Virus record (IMG/VR): IMGVR_UViG_3300026484_000465
Span: 1-56,421 of that record
Source: a virus
Taxonomy: Duplodnaviria > Caudoviricetes
DNA: 56,421 nt
Direction: 5' to 3' (one strand)
In this document: in pieces, positions 10,052 through 20,646 of the stretch
How the letters are laid out: every line of letters begins with the position of its first letter
Position numbering within the stretch: the first letter of the stretch is position 1
Position numbers and translations under genes: made by a program
Notes under the pieces: model-generated
What the model was told of the DNA's origin: nothing
What the model saw: the letters and a program-made list of their open reading frames with translations, nothing else
The model's database searches: none

Positions 10052-11184
10052 TGAGCTGTTGTTCGTCTAGGGATTTGTATTGCACGAATGATTATAATGG
10101 ATTTATAGTTTTAAAGCCTGATAAATTTACAGTTAAAGGGGTATATTTTTCTGGGTATGAGGCAAATGGAGTAGAAACGGCAAATGGTTTTATTTTTTCA
10201 GCAGGAAAAGATGGTGTATTTGGAGGTGTTGTAAAAAATGATGAATTTAATGCTATTTTTAATGTTTCTATAGGTGATTGGTTTCCTGATGTTGATGTTA
10301 GTGAATGTAATATAGCTATGATAAAGGCTCTTCCTATAGCTATGGATAAGGTTTATATTTGTGTTATCGCATATAGTGGATATGATTTGTATTTTTACAG
10401 TAAAATAGTAAATGTTTTTACAATATTTAATAATTCAACTATAGAACTAAACAAGCAAGAAGAAATTAAGCCAATAGCAGAATATCAAGCAAATAGTGAT
10501 AACGAAGAAGTAATTGATGTAACATCTTCTATTGATAATAATTTTAACGTAGATGAAGCTAGAACTGTTATAATGGAAAAAATAAAGGATGATTTAGAAG
10601 ATATTTTTAACACAAATTTACCTTCTTTTATTGAATTAAAAACTATTTTTTCATTAGGCTCAAATGGAAGTATTGATGGTATACTGTATATGTTAGATGT
10701 TGATTGTCTAACTATAAAAAAAAGAAAAATATTTACAGATTTAGACATTAATGTGGGAGATAATATAGAAACTGTTAAAACATTAGAAAAGCCTATTTTT
10801 GTGCCCAATAAATATGCTTTCACTAATTTTGCCACATATGGATTAAGAAATGGTGCTTGTTCTCAAATATATAGTGTTGTTAAAAATTCAAATAAAAATA
10901 GTTTTCTGTATTTGTTTACGACAGATGAAATAACATTTTTTGGTTATTCGGACGAGAGCACTCTTGTTTATTGTAACACACAAAGCAAAGCAATGTTTTT
11001 TAAATGTGATGCAGATAAGGTAGATGAATTTAATATAGCCAACAATATTATTATAAATCCAAAAGATGGTGTTTATGCTAAAACTTTAAATGCACCCATA
11101 ACTTTACCGAGTGGAACATTGAAACAACAAGATGAAGATATTACTTTTATTAGTTGTTTTGATATTTATTTTAATTATAAATAA
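10051..11184 (+). CDS. Hypothetical tail-region protein
   Basis: 377-aa ORF, TAATG coupling. Confidence 0.55.
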   Translation: MSCCSSRDLYCTNDYNGFIVLKPDKFTVKGVYFSGYEANGVETANGFIFSAGKDGVFGGVVKNDEFNAIFNVSIGDWFPDVDVSECNIAMIKALPIAMDKVYICVIAYSGYDLYFYSKIVNVFTIFNNSTIELNKQEEIKPIAEYQANSDNEEVIDVTSSIDNNFNVDEARTVIMEKIKDDLEDIFNTNLPSFIELKTIFSLGSNGSIDGILYMLDVDCLTIKKRKIFTDLDINVGDNIETVKTLEKPIFVPNKYAFTNFATYGLRNGACSQIYSVVKNSNKNSFLYLFTTDEITFFGYSDESTLVYCNTQSKAMFFKCDADKVDEFNIANNIIINPKDGVYAKTLNAPITLPSGTLKQQDEDITFISCFDIYFNYK

Positions 11185-11195
11185 AAGGAGATTGT

Positions 11196-12845
11196 ATGTT
11201 GTCAGTACCTATGGAAGTTTATTTGGATTTTTCTTTAAGAAAAAAAGTAAATAGTATAAATATAAACGTAAACCAATTAAAGTCTCAAATATCAAACATG
11301 GATATTTTTTATTTATCTAATAGATTTAAACCTACTTCTGATGGAAGAGTGATAAATACTAAAATAGTAACAAACTCTACTTTTTTTATAAAATTTACAG
11401 ATGAAACAAATAATTTAAATTTTACAATGCTACGATACGCTTATTTTGGTAATGTTTTTGAAAGTGACTTTGAAACAATGTCTTTTACTCCACCAGACCC
11501 AGAGAATTATGCTAATTATTATGGGGATAAAGTTGTAGAGTTTGAAGAAGGGGATTGGCTTTATTTCGCTTATGTTCCTTTTGGAAGAAATATTATAGAG
11601 TTGAATGATGAGACTACTATTGAAACTTGTGGAACGCAAGGTAAAGTGTGGATAAAAAAAGGACAGGCATTTAAAAGATATGCTAGTATACCAAAAGTTC
11701 CTGAATTGTTTGCTATGGGACCATATAAAATAATGAAGTTAGTGATAGGATCAATGTGGGAAAAATATGGACCACAAAGTTATTCTGTGTCTATTTTTTC
11801 TCCAGATATGAAAGAAGTAGAAGAAACTGTTTATGAACTTATTCCTATGGATGATGTGCTTTCTTATATTAATAATACAGTTGCAACTACAGAAGGAGGT
11901 TTACATTTAGTGGATTGGAAAAATTCAGAAACTCCAATAAGAGTAAATGCCTCTATACAAACCGGAACACCTATAAGAAACTTAAAAAACAAATTAGTTT
12001 TAAGCAAAAGTGGATATATAAATATGAATCATATTGGACCAAAAATAAAAGAAGAATTTACTGTTCATATGAATTTCTCAGTATATAATACTAACCATAG
12101 AGGAACAATTCTTTTTGAAGCTGCTTATGGAATAGATGACTATGAAAATCAAACACATCATATTACAATATGGGCAAATAAAGATGGTTTTATTTGTTAT
12201 AACTGTAAATTTAATGATGAGTATGTAAATACAGGAGAGAAGTTACCTACAAACATCTACACAACAATGACTTTTGTTTTAGCTAATGTGCAGATTAATC
12301 CAGAAAAAATGGATGATAAAAAATATATGGGATTTATATTTATAAACGGAAGACAGATATGGCCTAAAGAAACATATCTAAACCCAGATGAAATACAAGT
12401 TTTAAGTAGAGGATATAAAGCGTATAGAACATATACTGATGTATGTATGAATTTAGAAGCAAATACAACAACAATGGCATATATAGATGCAAAAAGTTTA
12501 TGTATTAAAAAGTTACTAAAAGAATCAGGGTTTGTTTCTATTGAGACTTTAAATCAAATATATCAATTATATTTAAATGCACCATCTCCAACAAAAGTAG
12601 ATATAGATAAAGAATTTGCGATTGGAGACAATGATAAAACTACAATAAAAAAGTTATATTTTGGGCAAGATTCTTATGAAGATATTTTAGACCAAGAATA
12701 TTATTTTGAAGGTGAAATTTATGAAATTGTAGTATTAAACAGAGCATACACAAGAAGAGAAGTGGAAAATATTAATTTGATCTCATCATTAGGATATAGT
12801 GTGGTTGATATTTATTCGCAAGAAATAGAGAAAAAAGATGAATAA
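11196..12845 (+). CDS. LamG-like (concanavalin A-like lectin/glucanase) domain tail protein
   Basis: EFTVHMNF...FIFINGRQ...LYFGQ...YFEGEIYEIVVLNRAYT is the characteristic LamG-3 pattern. Confidence 0.75.
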   Translation: MLSVPMEVYLDFSLRKKVNSININVNQLKSQISNMDIFYLSNRFKPTSDGRVINTKIVTNSTFFIKFTDETNNLNFTMLRYAYFGNVFESDFETMSFTPPDPENYANYYGDKVVEFEEGDWLYFAYVPFGRNIIELNDETTIETCGTQGKVWIKKGQAFKRYASIPKVPELFAMGPYKIMKLVIGSMWEKYGPQSYSVSIFSPDMKEVEETVYELIPMDDVLSYINNTVATTEGGLHLVDWKNSETPIRVNASIQTGTPIRNLKNKLVLSKSGYINMNHIGPKIKEEFTVHMNFSVYNTNHRGTILFEAAYGIDDYENQTHHITIWANKDGFICYNCKFNDEYVNTGEKLPTNIYTTMTFVLANVQINPEKMDDKKYMGFIFINGRQIWPKETYLNPDEIQVLSRGYKAYRTYTDVCMNLEANTTTMAYIDAKSLCIKKLLKESGFVSIETLNQIYQLYLNAPSPTKVDIDKEFAIGDNDKTTIKKLYFGQDSYEDILDQEYYFEGEIYEIVVLNRAYTRREVENINLISSLGYSVVDIYSQEIEKKDE

Positions 12846-13632
12846 TCAATATATATTGCCTGTAAAAATAATACTTAATCCCCCAGATGTTTTTTATAAA
12901 GCAGTTTATTTTAAGCAATTTGACTACGTTAAAACTACTTACAAAACTTATAAACATTATTCTGGTATTAGTGCTGTTAGATTTCCTGGTTTTTACAACG
13001 AAGAAGATTTCAATGAGTTAAGAATAAAAGACACCTACCTAAAATGGAATAGAAGTAATTATGAAAGTGAAATTATAACATTTACAAATTTAGAAAAGTT
13101 AGCTAGTCAAAAGGTATTTTATGTTGAAAGAGCGATTTTTTTAAAGATAATAAAATATTTTAATTCAGCTTTTAAAGTAATTGATATAAAATATAGAGGT
13201 AAGAATATATTGTTTTTTAAAAGCAGACCTTTTACAAAGATAATAGAACCAAAAGCTACAGATGTGTTTTTAGAGAAAAAACAATGCATTGGATTGGATG
13301 TTAATTATATTGGAATTGATTTTTTAAATATGATTCAGATTAATAAATATAAGAATTACCGAATGTTTTCTATAAACAACAACACGAAGAGTAAAGTCTC
13401 TCCTAGTATAGTAAAAGAAGTAAAGCCTTTTCTGTTTGGAATAAACTTCAAAATAAAGAATATTTATGATAAAATACAAGAGTATCGTTCTAGTTATTTT
13501 ATAAATTTGGTTTACAAAGGAATTGATAATATAAACACAAAAGAAATAATTTTTAATCGTTTTATAAAAATTAAAACCTCTATAAAAATAAAAAAATATA
13601 TGGGGCCAACTCATTATTTAATTTTAAATTAA
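12838..13632 (+). CDS. Hypothetical basic (K/Y/I/F-rich) protein
   Basis: 264-aa ORF overlapping upstream stop. Confidence 0.5.
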   Translation: MNNQYILPVKIILNPPDVFYKAVYFKQFDYVKTTYKTYKHYSGISAVRFPGFYNEEDFNELRIKDTYLKWNRSNYESEIITFTNLEKLASQKVFYVERAIFLKIIKYFNSAFKVIDIKYRGKNILFFKSRPFTKIIEPKATDVFLEKKQCIGLDVNYIGIDFLNMIQINKYKNYRMFSINNNTKSKVSPSIVKEVKPFLFGINFKIKNIYDKIQEYRSSYFINLVYKGIDNINTKEIIFNRFIKIKTSIKIKKYMGPTHYLILN

Positions 13633-13648
13633 AAAAAAGGAATACAAA

Positions 13649-14614
13649 ATGATTACATATGAAGATGTGAAATTTTACAAATCAGAGCATGTTGATTTTG
13701 GTGATGACAAAAAGAATGGTGGTTTAATAGGACCAGATCCTATCCCTTCAGGAGAGGTTAATAATATTTTACCAGAAGTTACAGCATCAGAAAGAGAAGA
13801 TGGGGTAGTTAAAAGAATTAAAGTTTATATTAAAAATGAATCGGATGATAGAGATATGAAAGATTGTTTTATTTCTATTTCTAAAGATTGTGATTTACCA
13901 GATAATATTAAACTTTATGAAGCAACAAAGTTGGACCATTTTCAGTTTGTTTTTGATCAAGATGTAAATGATGGTACTGCAGCAGGAACTCATATAAAAT
14001 ACAGAGATAATGTTCCTAATGAAGCAGAAACTTTTTCTGATATAAAAGGTAGAACAATAAAAACTAATAATCAGTATTTGACTGTAGATGATTTGGATAC
14101 AGATAATAATGAAATATGGTTTAAGGAAGATACTGATGGCAGTATTACCAATGGAGATATGGCTGATACGGCAGATGATGATAATAAATATGAATCTGAT
14201 GAAGATTGGGATAATATGACTTATTATATTAATGCTCCGATAATTGAAACATTAAGTAATGGTGAAGACAAAATAACAGTAAAAAAAGAAGATGCTGACA
14301 ATATGGCCGTAGGAATGAATATTTTAATTGTTAATAATTATAGAAGACCTATGTTTAGAACACAAATAGATTCTATTAATAGTGATGATAATGATGATAG
14401 TATTAAACATATAGTTTTTAAGAAGCCTTATTCTAATGCAACGATACCAGCAATGTATGGTTACGTTTGTTCTTCTCCTAGTGTAGATATAGGTAGTCAC
14501 AAATATGCTCCTATTTGGTTAGAATTAAATGTTGTCGCTTCAAATGCTTTAGAAGCAGAGTTAACAAATTCTTTTCAATTACAACTTACTTTTGATGATG
14601 TGGCTGCTGAGTAA
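13649..14614 (+). CDS. Phage tail protein (conserved tail/fibre-associated N-terminal domain)
   Basis: DVKFYKS...NGGLIG...IPSGEVNNILPEVTASEREDG...KVYIKN pattern recurrent in phage tail proteins. Confidence 0.65.
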   Translation: MITYEDVKFYKSEHVDFGDDKKNGGLIGPDPIPSGEVNNILPEVTASEREDGVVKRIKVYIKNESDDRDMKDCFISISKDCDLPDNIKLYEATKLDHFQFVFDQDVNDGTAAGTHIKYRDNVPNEAETFSDIKGRTIKTNNQYLTVDDLDTDNNEIWFKEDTDGSITNGDMADTADDDNKYESDEDWDNMTYYINAPIIETLSNGEDKITVKKEDADNMAVGMNILIVNNYRRPMFRTQIDSINSDDNDDSIKHIVFKKPYSNATIPAMYGYVCSSPSVDIGSHKYAPIWLELNVVASNALEAELTNSFQLQLTFDDVAAE

Positions 14615-16449
14615 TGAACTTTAGTGAAATAACCTTTGTTTCTTTATTTGGGGGAATAGGTTTTAGAGCTATAAAAATGAATTCTAGTTATAAGATCTGT
14701 TCTTATAACTCAAAACCGGTTATAAGTATAGGATACAGAAACACTATAAGTTCAAGTGTTTTAAAATCATTCTTTAACTATGAAAAATTATATATAAGTA
14801 TGGATGGTATATACAAAAATGGAAATATACTTATATATGATTTTTCTTATGAAAATGTGAAAAATAATAATATTAAGTTCAATTCTATTTATTCTAAAAA
14901 AAAATTAAGTCATTTTACTATTAAATGTGTTTATTCTGAAGTAGCACACAATGAGATAACATTTAAAGCCAAATATATTAAACGCTCTTATAAGAATAAG
15001 ATAAGAAATGTTTTTTGGGACAACAATGGAATTTATCATTATGCAATGAAAGCTATATTTTCTATCGAAAAAAAGAAAGAAGTTGTTATAGGGGAGTTTG
15101 ATAAAAATTATTTAAGTTTTAAATTTAAATATAAATTACCATATAAAAAAATGTATAACCTTCATGGTTTGTATATAGATATCCGTTTTAAGATAAAAAA
15201 TTTAAAGACAAATACTAACGATTATATTTATGATAAAGATATCCCTCTTTTGTTTACAAAAACAATTAACACAAAAAGTATTGGCAACATGTTGAAAATG
15301 TCTATAAATAACTATATACATTTATTTGGTATTTATTCACCTTGTCAAACCTACAAATATGCTGTTTTAATGTCATTAACTGGGTATGAACTAAGTATGG
15401 ACTTTTCTCTAGTAAACATACCTTTAAGAGATTTTTATAGTCATCAAGTTATTTTAAGAGTAAATATACATAGAATGAAGTGGAGAGAACCTGTAGGGGA
15501 TATAATTGACATACCTTTAAGTGTTAAGCAATATAAATTCAAATCAAGTTGTATGGCATCAATATTTCCAAATGTTTGGAGAGATTGTAAAGCAAAATAT
15601 TTAGATGGTTTTATTTTTCCTCCTTTACGAGATTACAAATATGTCACAAACAAAAAGTTACTTTCTTGTTTTAAAATAGAACAAAAAAGATATTACAAAA
15701 AGATTGTTTCTAATGTGAGAAGTGGAACTTTTAATTATTTAAACAGAATAAGTAAATATAAAGGGACTTCCACTTCATTTTTATCTCTATTCTATTTATT
15801 CTATTCAAGAAAATATCATTTATTTAATTTTGGCTACTTATTTGTTTTGTCTCAAACTAACGGTGTAAGCATTGGTTGTCTTTTAAAAAAAGAAGTAGAT
15901 ACACATAGTATGTATTATAAAGTAAATATTTACCCTTATAAAAATATATTTAAGTTAATACATAATATGATTGTTCCATATAGCAATGTTGGTAGCAGTA
16001 AATGTAATTTTATTGTTAAATTTTATTTAGATGAATTAAATAATTTAACGGCAAATGCACCAATAAGTTATCACCGATATTTCTTATCTAGTAAGGATGT
16101 GTATAATACCTATGTTATTAAGCGAACAAGAAACAAGGATTTAAAACAAATAAAAAGCAACCAAATGAAATTAAATATCTCAATGCAACAAAACTTAAAC
16201 AGTATTTATTCCCTTAATCAACCGTTTACTCTTAATAAAAATATTAATTTATTGTCTGTTGTTAAGAGTTTTGTTAAAGTAATACTACCAATAAAACTTA
16301 AAAAATGGTATAGTAATACATATTATATTCCTTACAAGTATAAAATAAATGTTAATGGAAGATATAATCAATGGGATTTATCTATAAATTCATCTAATTT
16401 AGAATGTTATTATGGTCCGATTATGGAGGTTAACCACAAATGGTATTAG
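14614..16449 (+). CDS. Hypothetical basic K/Y/N-rich protein
   Basis: 611-aa ORF, TAATG coupling, no recognised motif. Confidence 0.55.
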   Translation: MNFSEITFVSLFGGIGFRAIKMNSSYKICSYNSKPVISIGYRNTISSSVLKSFFNYEKLYISMDGIYKNGNILIYDFSYENVKNNNIKFNSIYSKKKLSHFTIKCVYSEVAHNEITFKAKYIKRSYKNKIRNVFWDNNGIYHYAMKAIFSIEKKKEVVIGEFDKNYLSFKFKYKLPYKKMYNLHGLYIDIRFKIKNLKTNTNDYIYDKDIPLLFTKTINTKSIGNMLKMSINNYIHLFGIYSPCQTYKYAVLMSLTGYELSMDFSLVNIPLRDFYSHQVILRVNIHRMKWREPVGDIIDIPLSVKQYKFKSSCMASIFPNVWRDCKAKYLDGFIFPPLRDYKYVTNKKLLSCFKIEQKRYYKKIVSNVRSGTFNYLNRISKYKGTSTSFLSLFYLFYSRKYHLFNFGYLFVLSQTNGVSIGCLLKKEVDTHSMYYKVNIYPYKNIFKLIHNMIVPYSNVGSSKCNFIVKFYLDELNNLTANAPISYHRYFLSSKDVYNTYVIKRTRNKDLKQIKSNQMKLNISMQQNLNSIYSLNQPFTLNKNINLLSVVKSFVKVILPIKLKKWYSNTYYIPYKYKINVNGRYNQWDLSINSSNLECYYGPIMEVNHKWY

Positions 16450-19400
16450 GGTATCTTAATTTAAATACTTTAGAGATTCTTTATATAGAGGCTCACTTTA
16501 ATATACAAACACTAAATGCTTTAACTATTGAGTGTATATCTTTTCAAATAAAAAAAGAAAATTTAAAAGGTTTTGTAACTCCGGAATGCTATTTGTCAGC
16601 AAATAATGTAGTTCAGTTTGTTGGAGAGTATCACAATTTTAATGAATATTATATTGATTATATAGATTTTTCTATTTCTAATTTTACTAAAAACAAAAAG
16701 TTAAAAGAAGTTTATAGTTATAATTGTTTTTATTCAACATTAAGGAATCCATTTAACAGGACTCACTTTCATAATGTTGGAACTTTATTTTCAATAAAAT
16801 CTGTAATTATGAGAGCCAACTTCGAATGTAAAATAAATGATTATAAAGTAGATTTTGCTTTACCTTCTTCAATGTTTTATTTAAAAAATTTAAATCTAAA
16901 AGCTTTTGTTCTTACGAATTCATGGGGTGTTATTAAAAATGCTGAATTGTTTTTTATGGGTTGTAATTTCCCTATATTAACAAGATTAAATAAAAAAAAT
17001 AAATATACCAGTATATGGACAAACAGCAAAAATCATCCTTATTGTATTACAAATAAAAATTACTTTTTCAGAATACCATTAATTTTACACATTAGAATAG
17101 GAGATATTACTGTATTAACAGAAGTTGAAGATAATTACACTATAGAAGAACCTACAACTATTTCTTTAAATTATATTATTAAACCATTTGTAAAAATTGT
17201 TAAATTAAATAATGATTTACTTCCTGTAACTTCAGAAGAACAATATTTTAATATATTTTTACTTCATAATTTGAATTCAGTGTATTCATTAAAATTAAAA
17301 TACAAAGATACATACAATTTAAAATCATTGGTTTCGGCTTGTTTACATATAATTCCTGTTGTTGCACCAAAAGGGGAATATTATATTATAGATACAAAGG
17401 ATTTTTATAAACAAATATTTAAAGTTAGTGAAGTTAAAAATGGAAATATTGCAAATTTAAATGGAGTTAGTTTGTATTTATGTGATATGTGGGGTATTTA
17501 CCAATTAAATGAAGTATATGGAAAAACATCTAAATTTATTCTTAAAACAAAAATTGATAAGATAGATATATTAAATGGAATAATTAGTGATTTTACTGAT
17601 TTAAATATTATTATTTATAAAAGAATAATTAATCTAAAATCTGTTGGAATAAACAGCTTAATAAGACTAAGAATATATTCTACATCGGAATTTCAAAAAA
17701 AAGGACTCTACAGAAGTATAAGGTTTAATAAAGTGCAAAAAAAACCAAACAAAGCTGCTCCTTTTTATGAGACTGATTGGGTAAAATTAGTTAACTATTC
17801 AATGACCAATATAATATTTGATAATTTAATTTCTGGGAATGCCTACAAAAATATGAGAGGACCATATAAAAGAATATTTAATATGCCAATATATTATTCT
17901 TTAAAGAATTCTTTTTGTGTTGGTAAACTTTCTTTAATTAAAAAAGGCATTGGTTTTTATGTTGTTAACAAAAACAACAACAATACTTACAATAAATTAT
18001 TTGTGTATTTGTATTCTAATAATGGACAAATATCAGGACATTTACAAAATATATTATATTCTTCTGACGGATTAGAAATAAATAGGAAGTCTATTTCATC
18101 TGTAGAATTAATTTATTTGTTAAATGTATATTTACAACCTTCATATAGGAGAGCTGCTTACATATTTAAGACTAAACAAGATGGCACTTTTGATTGGGAT
18201 AGAAAAACTATGAATTATTATAAAAAAATACTTCTTTCTGATGATGTTATAAGAGCAAATAATGAGTGTAAACGCATGGGTATATCTCCTTATGGAATAA
18301 GGAAAGTAGTTGGTTTTGAGTTATCAAAAAAAGAAATGAGTAATATATATTATTTTGATAATCAAGAAACTCATTTTAATTATAAAGGAGTGGATTATTA
18401 TATAGATACTTATCCTATAGAGAAACAAAATGTATTTTATTCATTTCTTAAAAATTATGAATTTATTAAAAATGTAGAGAGTTCTTATTATTCGTTTACT
18501 ATAAAAAACGAAGTAACAACTATTAATTCTTCAAAAATAAATATTGAAGCCAAGGCATCAGTATTTTATTTACATAAATCAAATTTCTACATTAAAAGTG
18601 GTGATATTAGATATATAAGAGCAATAGATAGTAGTAATGAATATAAGATAACTTTTAATTACTTTAGCCGAGAAATTATGGATTTAAAACCTATTGTAAA
18701 AAATTTTGTTTCTACATCAAAACTTTTAAATTTACGTAATTTTAAATATCCTCTTTATTTACAAATAATAGAAGTAGATATAAAAGATACCTTATTTGAT
18801 TATTATGATGTGTATATAAATATGCCTAGAACTTTAAACCCTTATTATTCTAATGAACAGAAATTTAAATTAAATAAACCAATATCTTTAAATGGGATTG
18901 TGTTTAAAAATATTTTTAGATATAAGTTTATACATGTCCTTAAAAAATATAAAGGAGTGTATTCTAATGTGTTTCATATTAAAATAGCACAAAGAGAAAC
19001 ATTAAAAAAAGTGTATTCAAAATATGACAGTGTTTGGATGCAAATATATTTCTCAAATTATTCTGATATGGCAATAGATGAAACAATTTTGTTTCTATTT
19101 AACAAAAATAATGATGAATTTAGTATAGATATGCCAATAAGACATGGATTTGTTGACAAGATGGGCGGAGAAGAAGAGATAAAAAAAGATAAATATTGGC
19201 CTGATTTTCTTCAAGACGGAGATCCAGAATATGGAAATTTTTTAGTGGAAGATACTCCGAACCACAAAGCAGAACCAACAAAAAATTGTATAAATGTGTA
19301 TAATAAATTATCTTATAGTGGATTTAACTTTGAGATAGAAAGAGATGATAAAATATTGGTAGGAAATCTTGTTTATAAAACAACAAAAAGATTGTATGGA

Positions 19401-19853
19401 TCAAATATAGAAGAAAAACAATCTTTAATGGTAGAAGGACATTCAATCTCAGACAATGGCATATTCCATGAGAATTTGCAAGAACATATTGCCGCTATTG
19501 TTGATAAAGAAAAAGTTAAAGATTTTAGAGAAGAAGATATGAGATTTACTAAGGAAGATTTAAAAGGGTATGCATATCCTAATGAATATATAAAATCTTT
19601 AAATAATCAATTGATTAAAGGTGTTGAAGGAGTTAATACCAGTATATCTGCTGAAGATGTGATTTCCACTCAAAATGAACAGGTATTATCAGAAGAGACG
19701 GTTGAAGAAATAAGAAGATATATTGACGACCTGGGAGATGTTTCAGACTCTATGATTTACGATATGGTTCCAACTAGACCTATTATTGATGGTAAGCTAT
19801 TAAAAAAAATAATAGTTCCACAAGATGTAAGTGTAACGGACAGGGAGGAATAA
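16440..19853 (+). CDS. Large hypothetical protein, basic body with acidic C-terminal domain
   Basis: 1137-aa ORF preceded by GGAGG. Confidence 0.6.
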   Translation: MVLGYLNLNTLEILYIEAHFNIQTLNALTIECISFQIKKENLKGFVTPECYLSANNVVQFVGEYHNFNEYYIDYIDFSISNFTKNKKLKEVYSYNCFYSTLRNPFNRTHFHNVGTLFSIKSVIMRANFECKINDYKVDFALPSSMFYLKNLNLKAFVLTNSWGVIKNAELFFMGCNFPILTRLNKKNKYTSIWTNSKNHPYCITNKNYFFRIPLILHIRIGDITVLTEVEDNYTIEEPTTISLNYIIKPFVKIVKLNNDLLPVTSEEQYFNIFLLHNLNSVYSLKLKYKDTYNLKSLVSACLHIIPVVAPKGEYYIIDTKDFYKQIFKVSEVKNGNIANLNGVSLYLCDMWGIYQLNEVYGKTSKFILKTKIDKIDILNGIISDFTDLNIIIYKRIINLKSVGINSLIRLRIYSTSEFQKKGLYRSIRFNKVQKKPNKAAPFYETDWVKLVNYSMTNIIFDNLISGNAYKNMRGPYKRIFNMPIYYSLKNSFCVGKLSLIKKGIGFYVVNKNNNNTYNKLFVYLYSNNGQISGHLQNILYSSDGLEINRKSISSVELIYLLNVYLQPSYRRAAYIFKTKQDGTFDWDRKTMNYYKKILLSDDVIRANNECKRMGISPYGIRKVVGFELSKKEMSNIYYFDNQETHFNYKGVDYYIDTYPIEKQNVFYSFLKNYEFIKNVESSYYSFTIKNEVTTINSSKINIEAKASVFYLHKSNFYIKSGDIRYIRAIDSSNEYKITFNYFSREIMDLKPIVKNFVSTSKLLNLRNFKYPLYLQIIEVDIKDTLFDYYDVYINMPRTLNPYYSNEQKFKLNKPISLNGIVFKNIFRYKFIHVLKKYKGVYSNVFHIKIAQRETLKKVYSKYDSVWMQIYFSNYSDMAIDETILFLFNKNNDEFSIDMPIRHGFVDKMGGEEEIKKDKYWPDFLQDGDPEYGNFLVEDTPNHKAEPTKNCINVYNKLSYSGFNFEIERDDKILVGNLVYKTTKRLYGSNIEEKQSLMVEGHSISDNGIFHENLQEHIAAIVDKEKVKDFREEDMRFTKEDLKGYAYPNEYIKSLNNQLIKGVEGVNTSISAEDVISTQNEQVLSEETVEEIRRYIDDLGDVSDSMIYDMVPTRPIIDGKLLKKIIVPQDVSVTDREE

Positions 19854-19854
19854 T

Positions 19855-20628
19855 ATGTTTGAAATAAACTTTAATTCGGTTAAGGTTATGGGTCGTATAA
19901 TAGGATTAGAAAATGGAGAAAATAACATTTATTTAAATCCATTGAACGGTAACATTGTGTCTTATCAAAAAGAAGATTATATTAAAATAGCAACCATAAA
20001 TTATAATAAAGAGACAAAAACGATAGAAATAGAAACTAAAACAGAATCTTTTTCTGATAATATTAAAGCGGATTTTGATTTCAAGAATTACCATAATTGT
20101 AGAAATCTGGGAAATAGGAGAATGATAGCAAATGGTCCATATTATGGTGATACTAGTCTTATGGGATCAACAGAATTTCTAGAAGGACTACCTATTTCAT
20201 TTAATTACAATAGTTTTATTATGTCAAGTATATCCATAGCTTCATATAATTGGGCCGGTGGGAGAATGTGTTTTAATACAACCTTAACAAATGCTAATGT
20301 ACATAATCCTCCATTTACAGGGTATAGTCCTGGTTGTGGTATTTCTTCATCATTTTCAATACCTCAAATATCTCTTGCAATACCAATGAATTTACTTTAT
20401 GGTAATGGGTTGGCTGCAATGAAATGGATTAATGGAATGACTAGCATAGTTGACTTCTTTTATACTCACAGACAATATACAAATGTTGAAATAAATAAAA
20501 ATGATTTATTTAGACTTAAAATAAAAGGTAGTGAGATAAAAATTAACCCAATAGCATTAGATAACTCATCTATTTCTACTTCACCTGATTGGGCTGCATC
20601 AATGTCTATGTTGAATATATTAAAATAA
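19855..20628 (+). CDS. Hypothetical tail-region protein
   Basis: 257-aa ORF coupled to upstream gene. Confidence 0.55.
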   Translation: MFEINFNSVKVMGRIIGLENGENNIYLNPLNGNIVSYQKEDYIKIATINYNKETKTIEIETKTESFSDNIKADFDFKNYHNCRNLGNRRMIANGPYYGDTSLMGSTEFLEGLPISFNYNSFIMSSISIASYNWAGGRMCFNTTLTNANVHNPPFTGYSPGCGISSSFSIPQISLAIPMNLLYGNGLAAMKWINGMTSIVDFFYTHRQYTNVEINKNDLFRLKIKGSEIKINPIALDNSSISTSPDWAASMSMLNILK

Positions 20629-20646
20629 CAAAAAAAAGGAAAAAAA

